This document shows positions 1-12,846 of a stretch of 64,000 nt of DNA, one piece after another. The translations under genes and the position numbers were made by a program. The DNA is from Hypanus sabinus (taxonomy: Eukaryota). Under the pieces are notes generated by a model, which made no database searches, was not told the origin of the DNA, and saw nothing but the letters and a program-made list of their open reading frames with translations. The stretch covers positions 137,020,001-137,084,000 of the forward strand of contig NC_082712.1 in assembly GCF_030144855.1 (NCBI RefSeq). Reading direction: 5' to 3'. Each line of letters starts with the position of its first letter. Position 1 is the stretch's first letter.

Positions 1-81
1 TGGGAGAGACTTCGAGAGGGCTATGGGGCCCCCGAAATTATTGAAGCGGCGCTATATCGACGTCTGGAAAACTTTCCTAAG

Positions 82-1083
82 GTGTCAGCCAAAGATCACG
101 TTAAGTTAAGAGAATTCGGAGATTTACTCATGGAGATCCAAGGCGCCAAAGAAGATGGCTACTCAGCTGGTCTGGTATACCTAGATACTCCATCCAGGAT
201 TAGACAAGTCGTGGACAAACTTCCATTTGGGCTGCAGGACAGGTGGCTGTCCGTTGCTTTAGAATACAAGGTAAACCACGATGATCGATTTCCTCCCTTT
301 GAACTCCTCACTAGGTTTGTGTGCTGGGAGGCAAGGAAGCGAAACAACCCTAGCCTCGTGGGTCCAGGAAGCAGTACGATTTACACCAAGCCAGGTAGAT
401 CCTCTTCGAATGTTTTCAACATTGATAAACCCACCTCAGTGCTCAAGACTGAAGCCCTTACAACTAACAATGACCCTAGCAAGGATTGTCCACCGCAAAC
501 CGACAACGCTCCTTCACCCCCACAACAGGACGGCAGGGAGGGAGAGGCTCACTCCAGGACAACAGTTGTCAGCTCGAACTGTACAGAAGTTTGCGGTCAA
601 GTTCAGTCAAGCCATTCTTGTTCCAAGATCTGCCTCACTAAGGTGTACCCTAAAGGAGCCAAAGACAAGGCCATCAAAGCCTATGTGATTCTGAACGATC
701 AGAGCAATCGCTCACTAGTCAGTCCAGAGTTCTTTAAATTGTTCAACATTGAGAGCGAGCAGTTCCCATACTACCTTAGAACTTGCTCAGGCAACATGGA
801 AACCCAAGGAAGGAAGGCAGAAGGCGTCCAGATCGAGTCCCTGGATGGCAAAGTGGTCATCTGTCTCCCTCCGCTCTTAGAGTGCAATGGAATCATGAAT
901 AACCGCACTGAGATCCCGACACCAAGTGCGGTGCTACACCAGCCACATCTCCGCCACATCGCAAAACACATCCCAGAACTGGACCCAAAAGCAGAAATAC
1001 TCCTGCTATTAGGGAGAGACGTTCTCCGGGTGCACAAGGTTAGGCAGCAGGTCAATGGACCACACGACGCCCCCTTTGCGTGA
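82..1083 (+). pseudogene. BEL/Pao Gag and aspartic-protease remnant (zinc-knuckle region deleted)
   Basis: Matches ORFs 14972-16550. AYVILNDQSNRSL is the degenerate protease motif; sequence equivalent to about 15670-15880 is missing. Confidence 0.8.
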
Positions 1084-1585
1084 CGTCTGGATCTAGGCTG
1101 GGTGGTGATAGGAGGGGTGTGCCCCGACAATGTACACAAACCGACGGTTAACACACTCAAGACCAATGTGCAAGAGAGTGGCCGCCATTCAATTTTTCAA
1201 CCCTGCACAAGTGTCCCATGCGTTAAGGAAGCACAACAAGACGTTAACAAGCGTAAAGTAACTGACGAGACGCTAGGTCAGTCCGTTTTCGTTCAAACCG
1301 AGCATGGTAATAAACTTGCTCAATCAGCTCAAGATGCCATTTCCTTAAAAACAAAGGACACCAAGGTCTTCAGAGATGAAGCAAATAATGGGGTTGCCCC
1401 ATTGCTTTTCAGAGAACCACGCCAGCGCTCACCAAATAACAAACAGCAGGCAGTCAAGTGGTTCACGTCCTTACGAAAAACCCGGAAAAGGAAACCTGAG
1501 ATGCAGCAATGCACCCGATTGACCCACGAGGTACTGTGCACCCTAATGGCAGAGGTCACAGCCATTATAAACGCACGACCTACCT

Positions 1586-2005
1586 GTGTCTTCTGACCCA
1601 GAAAACCCCTTCATACTTTCGCCATCAATGCTCCTTACGCAGAAGGCAGGAGCTCCCCCTCCACCAGGAGACTTCTCAGACAAGGATTTGTACACAAAGC
1701 AATGGAGACAAGTCCAGGCTCTGGCAAATCAGTTCTGGTCTCGCTGGAGACAGGAATATCTACCTTTGTTGCAACAGAGACAAAAGTGGACAGAACCCCA
1801 CAGGAATCTTCAAGTTGGAGACTTAGTCCTGCTCAGGGACAAGCAAATTGCCTGCAACAGCGGGCCAATGGCCAAGATCACTGCTACATTCCCTAGTGGG
1901 GATGGACATGTCAGGAAGATCGAATTGAAGACTACTGACCAAGGCGATGTGAAAATTTACCAAAGGCCAGTTACAGAAGTTATTCTACTTCTACCTAATG
2001 ACTGA
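1586..2005 (+). pseudogene. BEL/Pao integrase C-terminal domain remnant
   Basis: LANQFWSRWRQEYLPLLQQRQKW and GDLVLLRD...WPMAKI-like motifs typical of BEL/Pao elements. Confidence 0.85.
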
Positions 2006-2063
2006 TTAAGAGACTAAGTTTTGTACTCTGTTCATTGTGACCTTACGAAGGTCAGGCGGGGAG

Positions 2064-2731
2064 TGTATTGTCTTTACGACAGTTATTTAGTTTATAATAT
2101 TTCGCTTAGTAATTCATTTGTTAGTATTTTCTAGTTAGAATTAGAAGTGTTTAAAGTATATTCATTGCCTGTAAAAATATCAGCATGCGATGACGTCACA
2201 TCCGGTTTCGCCGCGTCTTGTGGGAAAATACCGGTTTGAGATCGACGCGAGGGTGGGGGCTCACCACGAGGCACACCTGAGCAGAAGTTGTTTTGCAAGC
2301 ATTAGAAATCACAGTGAGAGCAACGCTGTAAGTTAATAGATAATCGATATATCGAACTAAGATGTTAACGCCGATCCTGTTAAAAGTAACGACGGTCGAT
2401 AATGTTTATGTTTTTGTTAGTTAAAGAGTTGCGGATAGTTTGCATTGAAGTGTATTTAAAGTAGTCAATGGCGTAGGTAAACTCTGCCTGTATACTGCAC
2501 CTTAATGTAATGTAGTTATAGTCACTTTTACAAGTATTTACAATGAAATGTGATATTAAGAAAGGAATACTGTATCAATCTTGTATTGTTTTATCAACAG
2601 TTTTCACCATATGTTAATGTGAAGAGTGAACAGTAAATGGTTAATCTTACTGCGATCTGGTTTTCATTGACTGTGGTTTATCTCGACATTGAATTCGGCG
2701 TTATCAGTTACACCCGAACGAGAACGTTACA
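2064..2731 (+). repeat. BEL/Pao 3' LTR (subfamily distinct from the LTRs at 13609, 18652 and 21391)
   Basis: Begins tgtattg directly after the PPT and ends cgttaca. Internal blocks are shared with the other LTRs but the ends differ. Confidence 0.8.
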
Positions 2732-3454
2732 TATACTTACAGCTCTGTGGGGTTGTACGCTCCAAATAATTTTTCTTTTACACATTGAAATGGTTGGCCT
2801 GGAGTTTTGTAGTGGGAGGGTGTGGAGGACAATAACTTTATATGATTTTATTTTGGGTGTTTTTTCCTTATTGTTATGAATTATATATTAGTCATGTTTG
2901 TTTTGCACTATATAAATCTCAATTTTGTTGATTTTTTTGTAGTTGTATTGTAGAAACATTAAAAAATTAATAAAAATAAGGGACTTGAGTAACAACTTCT
3001 TCAGAGTCAGATGTATGTGGAAAAAACTGGCAGAAGTTGTTGAAGGAGGTACAATAAAAATTTAAATACATTTTGAACAGGGTCATAGATAGAAAATGTA
3101 TAAGGGGTACAGGCCAAACACAGGCAAATGGGATGAACTATTATGGGCATCTTGGCACGAGATGGACTGAAGGACAGGTTTCTGTACTGTATGTCTGCTG
3201 TGTAGCAATGTGCCAGAAGCTATATCCAAATCAGCCTTGGGCTACAGCACAGGTCCCACCTTTGCTTTATTTGATAGTCATCTTACCGAACTACTTACAG
3301 CAAATTACAGTGCACACTGCAATACAGGAGGGATGCATTCCTAGAGAGCTATTCAAAATGCTATTCTTCATAATGTTCTAGGAAGTTTTTCCTATCTGCC
3401 CCAGTGGTTGGCCGATCTGTAGACAAGGGAACACAAAGTACACTGTAGATACTG

Positions 3455-3802
3455 GGGTCAAAGCAACACGTTCAACACGCTGGAGGAACCCAGCAGGTCG
3501 GGCAGCATCTGTGGAAACGAGCAGTCAATGTTTCGGGCCGAGACCCTTCATCAGGACTGAAGAGGGAGGGGGCAGGGGCCCTCTCTTAACACCATTTAGG
3601 GCCCCAAACAGTCCTCCCAGGAGAGGCAACACTTCACTTGTGAGTCTGTTGGGGTTATCTATTGTATCTGGTGCACTGGTGCAGCCTCCTCTACGTCGGT
3701 GAGACCCGATAGAGATTGGGGGACTGCTTCATCGAGCACCTCCGCTCCGTCTGCCACAACAGACAGGATCTTCCGGTTGCTACCCACTTCAACTCTGCTT
3801 CA
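3455..3802 (+). mobile_element. Penelope-like element, left part (inverted terminus plus N-terminal half of GIY-YIG endonuclease)
   Basis: Translates as FTCESVGVIYCIW...LLYVGETR.RLGDCFIEHLRSVCHNRQDLPVATHFNSAS and continues in register at 9004 after the L1 insertion. Confidence 0.8.
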
Positions 3803-6193
3803 TGGACTCACCCATGGATATGTAAGACACAGTATCTTTCTGTCCACTTTTAGTCTCTCCCTTTCCTGACTTAAACTTTGAAATTTTAACTTTATTCTAT
3901 CAGAGTGATAGTTACAATTATGTCTAACCTAAGAGGCACCAAAAGGAATCCTGAAGCAGGCAACAGTAAGCTTAAAAAAGCTGACAAGACTTCAGAGGAG
4001 CCACCCTGGGTAAATAGATCAGAGTCTCAAATCAGCTATATCGTTGCTGAAATAACTAAAAGAAAGATTTCTCCCCTTGGAGGGAAAAATTGACTCTTTG
4101 AGCCTTGATCTTAAAGAGGTTAGTCGAAAAGCGGCTGATATTTCTTCTCATTTGGAAAAAGGCTCAACAACGGATTGTGGATTTGAAGGCTCGCTCTTAT
4201 CGGAACAATATTTGAATTGATGGATTAAAAGAGAAATCCGAATCTGCTGACACACTGGATTATTTTGCTAAAATGTTTCAATCTTTATTTCCGGAGGCTT
4301 ACCCACAACCACCAGAGATTGAAATGGCTCACAGAGTTGGTGCATTAAAATTCTCGGATCAAGGTAAAAACAGACATATTGTTGTGTGTTTTCTTCATTT
4401 TAGAGACAAAGACCACATTATTAAGCTTGCAAGAAAACAAAGGTTGTTTCAATTTCAAAGCTCTGAGACCGGCTTCTTCAAAGATTTTCCACAAGAAATT
4501 GTACAGGAATGTTCTGCATTGGCTGCTGTAATGCGTACAGCTTATCAAAGACAGTTGTATCTATCTCTTCAATACCCAGCTAAATTAAGGCTTTTCGTCA
4601 AAGACTCTGGGGTTTGTACTTTTGAGGTACCAGTTGAAGCATTACATTTTATTAATTCTCTTCCTGACGAGTCTGAAGGCTGAAGTTTGAATTATTTACA
4701 ACTGTTTGATTGTCTAGTGACGTAAGGAGTGATGAATTCAGAAGATTTGATGGGTATAGAAAGTCTTTACCTTAAAATGTACTCTTATCCTTGAAATAGA
4801 CTGGGTTGGATGGTTTTAACCTCAGAAGACATAGCAAGGGAACTGTCGAAAGACTGTAGATAACTTTGAACCATCTAGAATTTTTTTGTTTGTAGCATTT
4901 AAATGAACTAATTGCTTTTTTGCACAGTATGCTCTTGTTAAGAACTTTTAAGTAATTATCCAGGTTTTTTTACTTTTTAAAGATAGATTGGATAATTTAA
5001 AGATGGCGATTGTTTTTCTTCTGAGCAAATATTTCAAGAATTTTTTTTGGACGTTTTCTTTTCCTTATCTAATATTATGAAGGTTATTTTCAGAACTGAA
5101 GGTCGTTTTTTTTTAAAAAAAACTGTTCCTTTCAACTCAACTGTAATGAGCTAGCTGTATGTCGGCTGTGATGAGATGTATATCCGGAAGAAGGAGACAG
5201 AGATTACTCTTCTCAGTTTTACCTTCTATTTAGGCAGGTGGAGTTTATAATTGCCTTTTATGCATTCTTTGGGACTTGCATCGATCGATATCAACTTATT
5301 TCCGGGCTTTGTAGATTGGTGTTTGTTTTTTTTTTCTTTTTTTCTTTTTTCTTTTCTTTTTTTTATCCCCATTATGGAATTCCAGAGTGTACACAAATTA
5401 TTATTACTGTTGTTTATCTCTGCCATTCTCAACTACCTTATCCTGACATGCATCTAACTACTTTTTTTTAGATACAAAGTCTCATGATGATATTTAAACA
5501 GTTAAAAGTTTTTAAGTTGGAATGTCCGTTGTTGGAATCCTCCTATTAAGCCCAAGAAAACATTTAAAACTATTAACCAATTCCAACCTGATATAATCTT
5601 TGCACAAGAGACACAGATCAGGTTACGAGATAAAAATCGATTTTTTTTTAAAATTTTGGAAGGATCTTCAGTTTCATGCAAATTCTCACAGTAAAATTAG
5701 AGGTGTTTCTATTTTTTATTGATTCCAATATTCCTTTTAACAAGGAGGGTATTATAGCTGATACTAATGGTCGTTTTTGATTGTTAAATGAACAATTTAC
5801 AACAAGAAAATGGTTTTGGTTAATATATATGGAGCAAATGTTGATGATCCCTCATTTTTAAAGCTGTTTTTGCTCTATTACCTCATCTAACTGTATATAT
5901 GTTATTAATGGGTGGTGATTTTAATACTTGTTTAAATCTTTTAATAGATAAGTCATCATCCAAACATCAACTCGCTGATCATTCTGCATCACTTATTAAT
6001 TCATTTTTAATTGATTATGTCTTAATTGAAATTTGGAGACATATGCATCCTAATGATAGAGAATATTCCTTTTTCTCACATGTTCATAATAAATATTTGA
6101 GAATCGACTATTTAATAGTCGACCCTCGACTTCTATTTAATGTTCAGAAATGTGAGTAAAATTGCAATTGTTATCTCTGATCACGCTCCTTTA

Positions 6194-7188
6194 AACCTAA
6201 TATTTGATTAATAGAAATAAACAAGTCCACAGTGTTTTTCTCAGGCATCTCAGGAAAGTTGGGTAATAAAGGATTAATGAAGTGTCTGATTGGGAGATAC
6301 CTAAAGAAATGGGCATTAGGCAGATTAAACTTAGGAGAGAGTTGTTGAAAAGATGCGAAACAGTTATCAATGAAAAGATCTTCAAAATGCCTAATGCCCT
6401 TTCTGTACCAATCATAAAATGTTGAATTGTGCATAGAAGGTTAAAAAAAGACGATTATGTAAAATAGGACTAGAAAGGGAAAAAGCATGGAAACCATTAA
6501 ATTTCCTAAACTGGACCCATATTTGCGGAGTATGTCTGACAAGAGGGTTAACAATTAGTCTAGGCAAACTACAAGGGAGTGCAGATCCAAGAAGTGCAGA
6601 AATAGAGAGATCTTTAGAAGAGTCCAGCTTCATTGCTACCCATTTAGGGCAGTCAGACTGGCTATGAAAAAAGGATCAGAAGATAAGACATCGAATATTA
6701 GTTGCTCAATAGTATAGACAAAAATTAGGTAAAACCATGCCACCTTCTTTTTTAGATTTTTGAAGATATGCTTTATTAAGTCTAAAATGCTTACCCTTCC
6801 AGAGATAGGATAAAATAATAGTCTAAGGAATCAAAGAAGGTTTTAGGAATAAAAATTAGAATAGATTGAAATAAATATAAAAATTTAGGGAGGATATACA
6901 TTTTAATAACATTAACATGACCTACCAAAGACATAGATAAAGGTGACCATTCTGACAAACTCTGTTTTGTAGAGTTCAAAAGATTGGCAAAATTTTCACA
7001 AAAAAGATCATTAAAATTCCTTGTAACTGTAATACCAAGATAAATAAATTGCTTATCAACTACTTTAAAGGGGAGGTCACAAAATGCTAATGCTTGTTAA
7101 TGCTTCTTTATTAATTGGAAAAAGTTCACTCTTATGTAGGTTAAGTTTATAGCCAGAAACCTGGCTAAATTGAAACAATTATTTTCTA
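6194..7188 (-). mobile_element. Antisense L1 ORF2 fragment (end of RT plus post-RT region) embedded in the plus-strand L1
   Basis: Minus strand reads SGYKLNLHKSELFPINK, VIKMYILPKFLYLFQSI and FNLPNAHFFRYL. Confidence 0.75.
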
Positions 7189-8654
7189 GATGGAACCCAC
7201 TTACACTTTCTTTAATAGATCATATCCATGCCATGAAAATGATGATTTAGCTAGATTTTTTTATATTTTTCAAAATATACCTATCTTTTTAACTAAGATT
7301 TTTTTTGATCAAATTGACTCTATTATTTCGTCCTTTATTTGGAACAATAAAAGACCAAGAATTAATAAGTATAATATACAAAAATCTAAAAAAGATGGTG
7401 GACTTGCGCTTCCTAATTTAAGATTGTATTATTGGGCCATTAACATTCGACAATTATACTTTTGGCTATATTGGCTCGATAAGAGCCAAAAACCAGCTTG
7501 GATTGATTTGGAATTAAAAGCTACAAACAATTTCATTTAACCTCATTATTAAGAGCTCCATTACATTTACAGCCCTCTAAAATTCCAAATTTAAATCTCT
7601 ACCCTGTTATTAAACAGTCCTTGTGGATTTGGTTTCAGTTTCACAATTTTTAAAATCTTAAACAATTTAAATTGTCCAGCTCTTTATATCGAATTTTTTT
7701 ATTTAAACCTTCAATAACCGATCTCATTTTTCTCTAATGGAGAAATAAGGGGATCTGTTTTTTGCAGATTTATTTTGTGATGGTCAATTGATGACTTTTG
7801 AAGAGTTGATTAGCAAACATTCTCTCTCTCATACACACTTTCTGCAATATTTTCAGGTTAGACATTTTTTTACAAAAATACTTATCTAAGTTTCCATATA
7901 TGCAAGAATCTGATTTGTTGGATACTATTTTGAATATGAATCCTTTAGTAAGAGGTTCCATTGGTAGAATTTATAATTTATTTTTACTACAAAAAGATAA
8001 CCTCACACTGAAGATTAAACAAGATTGGGAGAGAGAACTTAATATGACCTTTGTTAATGAAGATTGGTTGCGAGCTCTGAAATGGTCAATTCTTCTTCGA
8101 TACATCCCAATCACTGTTTAATTCAATTTAAAATTGTTCACTGTTATTATTTAACAAAGGAGAGACTATCCAGAATATTTCCTAACATAGACAATTACTG
8201 CAATAGGTGTAAAACTGAAGCAGCCACTTTGTCACATATGTTCTGGTCATGTTCTTCATTAAAATCTTCTTGGAAATCTTTATTTTCTACAATTTCTAAA
8301 GCTCTGAAAATTAATTTACAACCTAATACATGACTGTTCTATTTGGAATAGTTCCGCATCATATTCAGGGTATTTCATCTTCAGATCAACATGTAATTGC
8401 ATTTGTTACATTGTTGGCAAGAAGGGCTATTTTATTAAAATGTAAAGATACCTCTGCCCCTACAATGGTTTTCTCAAAAAAATTTATGTCATACTTTGGA
8501 AAAAACTTATAAGTAGAACTTTTAATCCCCCATTTGATTTTGAGAGAAGATGGGGCTCTTTTGCAAAATATTATCATTTAATTTAAATTATTTTATATGG
8601 TTCCCTTCCAATTTTTTTTTATAAACGTGAACTGGCGGTTGATGATTCTTCTTC

Positions 8655-8657
<3 letters not shown>

Positions 8658-8700
<43 letters not shown>
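8658..8700. repeat. (AT)n microsatellite in the L1 3' UTR
   Basis: About 21 uninterrupted AT units. Confidence 0.95.
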
Positions 8701-8702
<2 letters not shown>

Positions 8703-9003
8703 TGATGGTAAGATGTATTGCTCCGGGAGTTGGTTCCTAATGTTTTTTCCCTTCTTCTTTAAATTATTTTTTTCTTTTTCCTTCTCTTGTAGTTAGTGGG
8801 GTTTCTTTTTATTTAGTTAGTTGGGGTTCTCTTTTTACCTTTTCTTTATAAAAATGTTTTTTTCATTTTTATATATGATTCTTTTTTGATAAGTTATTTT
8901 CATCAGCATTATTAATTGTATATATATCAACTTGTTGAAGTTTTGTATCATTTTATAGCTGTAGAAGATTATGTATCAATAAAAATATTCCAAATTGAAA
9001 AAG

Positions 9004-9505
9004 AACTCTGCTTCACATTCCCATTCAGATATGTCCATACATGGCCTCCTCTACTGCCATGATGAGGCCAAATTCAGGTTGGTGCAGCAACACCTCATGT
9101 ACCGTCTGGGTAGACTCCAGCCCCTTGGCATGAATATTGAATTCTCCAACTTCCGGTAATTCCCTCCCCCTCCCTTCCCTCACCCCAGTTGCCTCCTGCC
9201 TCCAGCTATCTACCACCACTCTCATGATTCTGCCTTCTTCTACTACCCAAAGTGCTTTCCCCTTACATTCTTTCTTCACCTTTCCTGCCTATCCCCTCCC
9301 CCACGACTTGATCTTTACTCTTACTGGTTTTTCACCGGCACCAACCAGCCTTCTCCTTCCTACCACCCCCCCCCTTCCTTATCGGGCCCTCCCCCCTCCC
9401 TATTCTGTCCTGACGAAGGGTGTCGGCCTGAAACGTTAGCTGCTCACGTCCACGGATGCTGCCCGACCTGCTGAGTTCCTCCAGCGTGCTGTACGTGTTG
9501 CTGTA
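9004..9505 (+). mobile_element. Penelope-like element, right part (C-terminal half of GIY-YIG plus terminal repeat with hammerhead-like core)
   Basis: SASHSHSDMSIHGLLYCHDEAK.RL.QQHLMYRLGRLQPLGMNIEFSNFR*; ctgacga...gaaacgtt at 9405-9442. Confidence 0.8.
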
Positions 9506-10522
9506 GACAAGGGAATTTGGATTGTATTGCAGTTAGAAGTGAAGGTTGCTGATCTAATTATTTCTGTTACCCAAACTGTATAATGTGCATGCTTTGCTAA
9601 ACCAGAGTCAATTTATCAGTTGTTCACTTCAGTGCTGTACTGTGGGTAAGATTTTTTATTTGAAACTAAAAGGTATTTTTAATGCCAATCTGAAAGAAAA
9701 TGTCATTTTCATTAACATATAAAACTCGGATAACCTGGCATCCTCGGGACTTCAGTGCTGCAAGCCTCACAGATGTTCTAAGTTAATGGTTGCCTGTCTA
9801 TTAACATGAAAGCAATTTCATTTCCTTGTCTCATATGTTGCACAGTATTACAATATTCTTCCAATGAAAGAGTATGGGGAATAGAACCCATCAATTTATG
9901 CATTTCAGATTGACTACGGGTATCCCAACTTTCTCACATTGGATCCACAGCTTTGGCCACATTACACAACCCCAACTCAAACTCTTTAGAGTGTGCATGG
10001 TTCACAAGCATTAGGATTTCTGAACAACTGGGTGCAGGCTTCTCAGTTTTAAATGTATTAATACCTGGTAATGCTTGCATTTATATAGTGAAATGAAGGA
10101 AAGGAATACCCAAGGTATTCTGAAGGAGTGATTTCGTTCCAAATTCAATACATGAAATCACAGAAAACACACAAATGACTTAGAATCTTAAATTAAGTCA
10201 TTGGCTACTTTCTCAGCTCATCCAAAAGGACCCCAACCTTGACGTGGTTTGGAGATTCATGTGCCTTAATGACCTGGAGAACTACATCGGATGAAGTCAG
10301 GGCTTTCAGCATTGGCTATTTGTAGGATCACACATGTGATACAGGTCAAAGGGTAGAAGCCAGACTAAGAGTGGTTCACCAATCCTCCAGGTTCAGGGGT
10401 TCAGCTCAGCGAACAACTTTGACTGATCAAACAAAACTGTTTGAAACAGCAATGAAAATCCTTCTACATCTGAGTGCGACAGTATTCTTAAGTCTCCACC
10501 TGGGACTTGCATGACTGACAGT

Positions 10523-11308
10523 TGTTACGAAATTCCCGTAACTGGATCACTTTCCAGCAAAGATAGAGAGGTCCGTTGAAGTCTGATGGTACTATTTTTA
10601 AAAGTATTTATTGATAAAGGGCACAAAAAAAAGATTAATGCAAACATACAGATAATATACGTCATCAATACTAAATCTAAGCGTGGGTATCATAATAACC
10701 GATAAGAAATAACTCTATCGTTGTCTAGGGGTTACTGTATTGTCCGATGGAAAGATAAGTCACTATCAGTTCGTTCAAGCTGCAGCGTTGTTGGGTTTAA
10801 AAGTGATGTGGTTTAAACTTGCCCAAGTCTTTTATGATGTTAATCCATTGAGTCAGGGGAGCAGGTTTCCCCGTTGTTAGCTAAAAAGCCGTTTTCCGTG
10901 GTTTCAGCCACCAATTCCAGCCACGGAATTGAATGCACGTGGCTTGGTTTCCGATGACCGTCTGCTGTTACGTGGTTGCTTAACGTTTCTTCTGGTGCGT
11001 CTGAGGGGTTGTTCCTACAGCACCTCTTTTATTCTGACTCGCAGGGTCATAGATGTCAATCAGGTTGGGGGTGAGGCGATCTCTCCCTCAACCAGCCCAC
11101 TTTGCCCGAGGGCATTCACATAGCAGAGCATCTCAATCCACAAATCTGTCTCCAAGCGACAATGGCCATGTCCCGTAGCTTTACATCGCTATGGGGGGGA
11201 GAAACGTGACATCCTGCATATCTCCCCCTCATGTCCTGGGCCCCCTGTTTGACTCAACCCAACACTGATCTGGCGATTCTCACAAAGGAGGGGGCTACAG
11301 ACGTAACA
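10523..11308. mobile_element. Solo LTR (Gypsy/ERV type)
   Basis: Perfect 7-bp inverted termini tgttacg...cgtaaca; 4-bp TSD cagt at 10519-10522 and 11309-11312. Confidence 0.88.
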
Positions 11309-12803
11309 CAGTAAACCAAGATGAAGCTACTGAAGGAAGCCCTGAACACTATCAGAGATGGAGAACCTTCATTGCTGCCCAAAATACCAGTGGCATAACA
11401 TGCAAAAGAAGATCTTTTAATCAAATAAAGTAAAACCTCCCAAACAAAATTTTAAGCACTACTTTAATTTTAGACAATTTTCTGATTCACAGCTTTGCCA
11501 TTGTCTCACTCCACCCCTCCTGTACTTTTCTATAAACCCACCAACCTTCTGAAATATTAACATTTAAAACTTCCCATGTCTCCTTAATTCTTTGAGATAA
11601 TTCTAAAGTGAGAAGTTCAGCAGCTAAAAATACAACCACTATCCATGCAGTGAGTAAACTCTGGAATAATTTACAACCAAAATTGAAGGGCTAGAGATAT
11701 TTCAAAGAGTCAGAAAAGGTTGGGAAAGAGTAGAATAAGGAAGAGAACATTTTGAGAAAAAGAAAACAGTGCAAAATTAAATTTCTGCTTAACCTTGCAA
11801 CTGACTGTCTCCACATTACCAAGATGGATACCAAAAGAATTTTCTTCTGATTATAAACCAGAAACAATTTGATTCAATCAGCACAGGGATGAAGGGTGCA
11901 ATTTTTGATGAGAATACTTCACCATTTACCAAATAAAATAGGGAAGTCACTTAGAGTCCAGTCACTTTGGGAGTAGGCTAAAGCCAGGATCAAATCTAGA
12001 AGGAGTATAATACCTCCAGTCCAACCAACCAACCTGTCAAGGCAAGCACCTCCTACTCCACCTGGGTCGAGTTTACAGGTACCACACTGGCCTCAACAAT
12101 ACCTCAGAAATACAGGGGTAGCAAGTTAGCATCATCCCCAAGGAATTGCCAAAGAAAGGGTAAGAATGGGCCGAGAGGGGAGAAGAATTATTTAATACAA
12201 GCTAAAGCAAACAAAAACCACTTCACAACCCTATCTGGAATAACGACAAATTTTGGCTGCTGTCAAACAAATCCGTAAGTGGCCCAGTTGTATAAATTTA
12301 ACAAACATAAATGAAATAATAAACTGAACATCCTACTTTAGAGGTGGAAAACATTTTTATGGGTGGGGCACTCTAGTTAGAGCGCACATTAAAATGTATA
12401 ATCATACCACAAAAGAATTATCACAAACAAGAAAATCTGCAGATGCTTAAAATTCAAGTTACACACAAATTGCTGAAGGTGCTCAGCAGGCCAGGCCCCA
12501 ACCATGGAAGAGTACAGTTGACACTCCACAACCCGAAACAGTGACTGCACTTTAATCCCTGCCTGGTTGGCCTCCCGAGTTCCTCTAGCATTTTGTGTAT
12601 GTTGCCGCAAAAGAAAGTAACCCATCCGCGTTTTACTTGGAAGAATTGACAAAAAACACACTACAAAATGTTTAAGCTCCTTTGTACAATTCTCGAGAAT
12701 GATCTTTTAAAGGAAACTTGAGTCAGACTCCATTTTATGCCCTGCAGTTCAAATAAACCTGCTTTACCCAGAGGAGAGGAACAGCCGCATGCTGACACCT
12801 TAC

Positions 12804-12846
12804 CTGCCGCAGAGGTTAGTCACACAACAATCAGAAACACCATCAT
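12804..12846 (-). pseudogene. Second signal-peptide-like exon with an in-frame TGA (MMVFLIVV*LTSAA-G)
   Basis: ATG start, hydrophobic run, phase-1 end CAG|GTAAGG, upstream polypyrimidine/AG; stop at codon 9. Confidence 0.45.

Larger units (their letters stand above)
1..2731 (+). mobile_element. BEL/Pao LTR retrotransposon, 3' part, internally deleted (Gag/protease remnant, integrase C-terminus, PPT, 3' LTR)
   Basis: ORFs 82-1083, 1102-1596 and 1586-2005 are collinear with the element at 13609-19326. Integrase C-terminal motif FWSRWRQEYLPLLQQRQKW...LQVGDLVLL (DUF5641-like). Purine tract ggtcaggcggggag precedes an LTR bounded by tgta...taca. Confidence 0.9.
3803..9003 (+). mobile_element. Decayed L1-type LINE (ORF1, endonuclease, post-RT region, 3' UTR, A-rich tail) inserted into the Penelope element
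   Basis: 12-bp TSD aactctgcttca at 3791-3802 and 9004-9015. ORF1-like 4273-4683 (EIEMAHRV, YPAKLR); EN motifs MGGDFNTCL and SDHAPL; GGLALPNL at 7190-7540; aataaa and A-rich end near 8980-9003. Confidence 0.88.

Noticed and set aside
5226-5471. Hydrophobic and lysine-rich short ORFs
   Set aside because: They arise from T-rich low-complexity L1 inter-ORF sequence.
9025-9439. Pro/Ser-rich ORFs (similar ones at 28663-28980)
   Set aside because: Off-frame translations of the pyrimidine-rich Penelope 3' region.
1-12800. Downstream Ig exons for the second gene
   Set aside because: No V- or C-type exon is visible on the minus strand here; they presumably lie left of the window.
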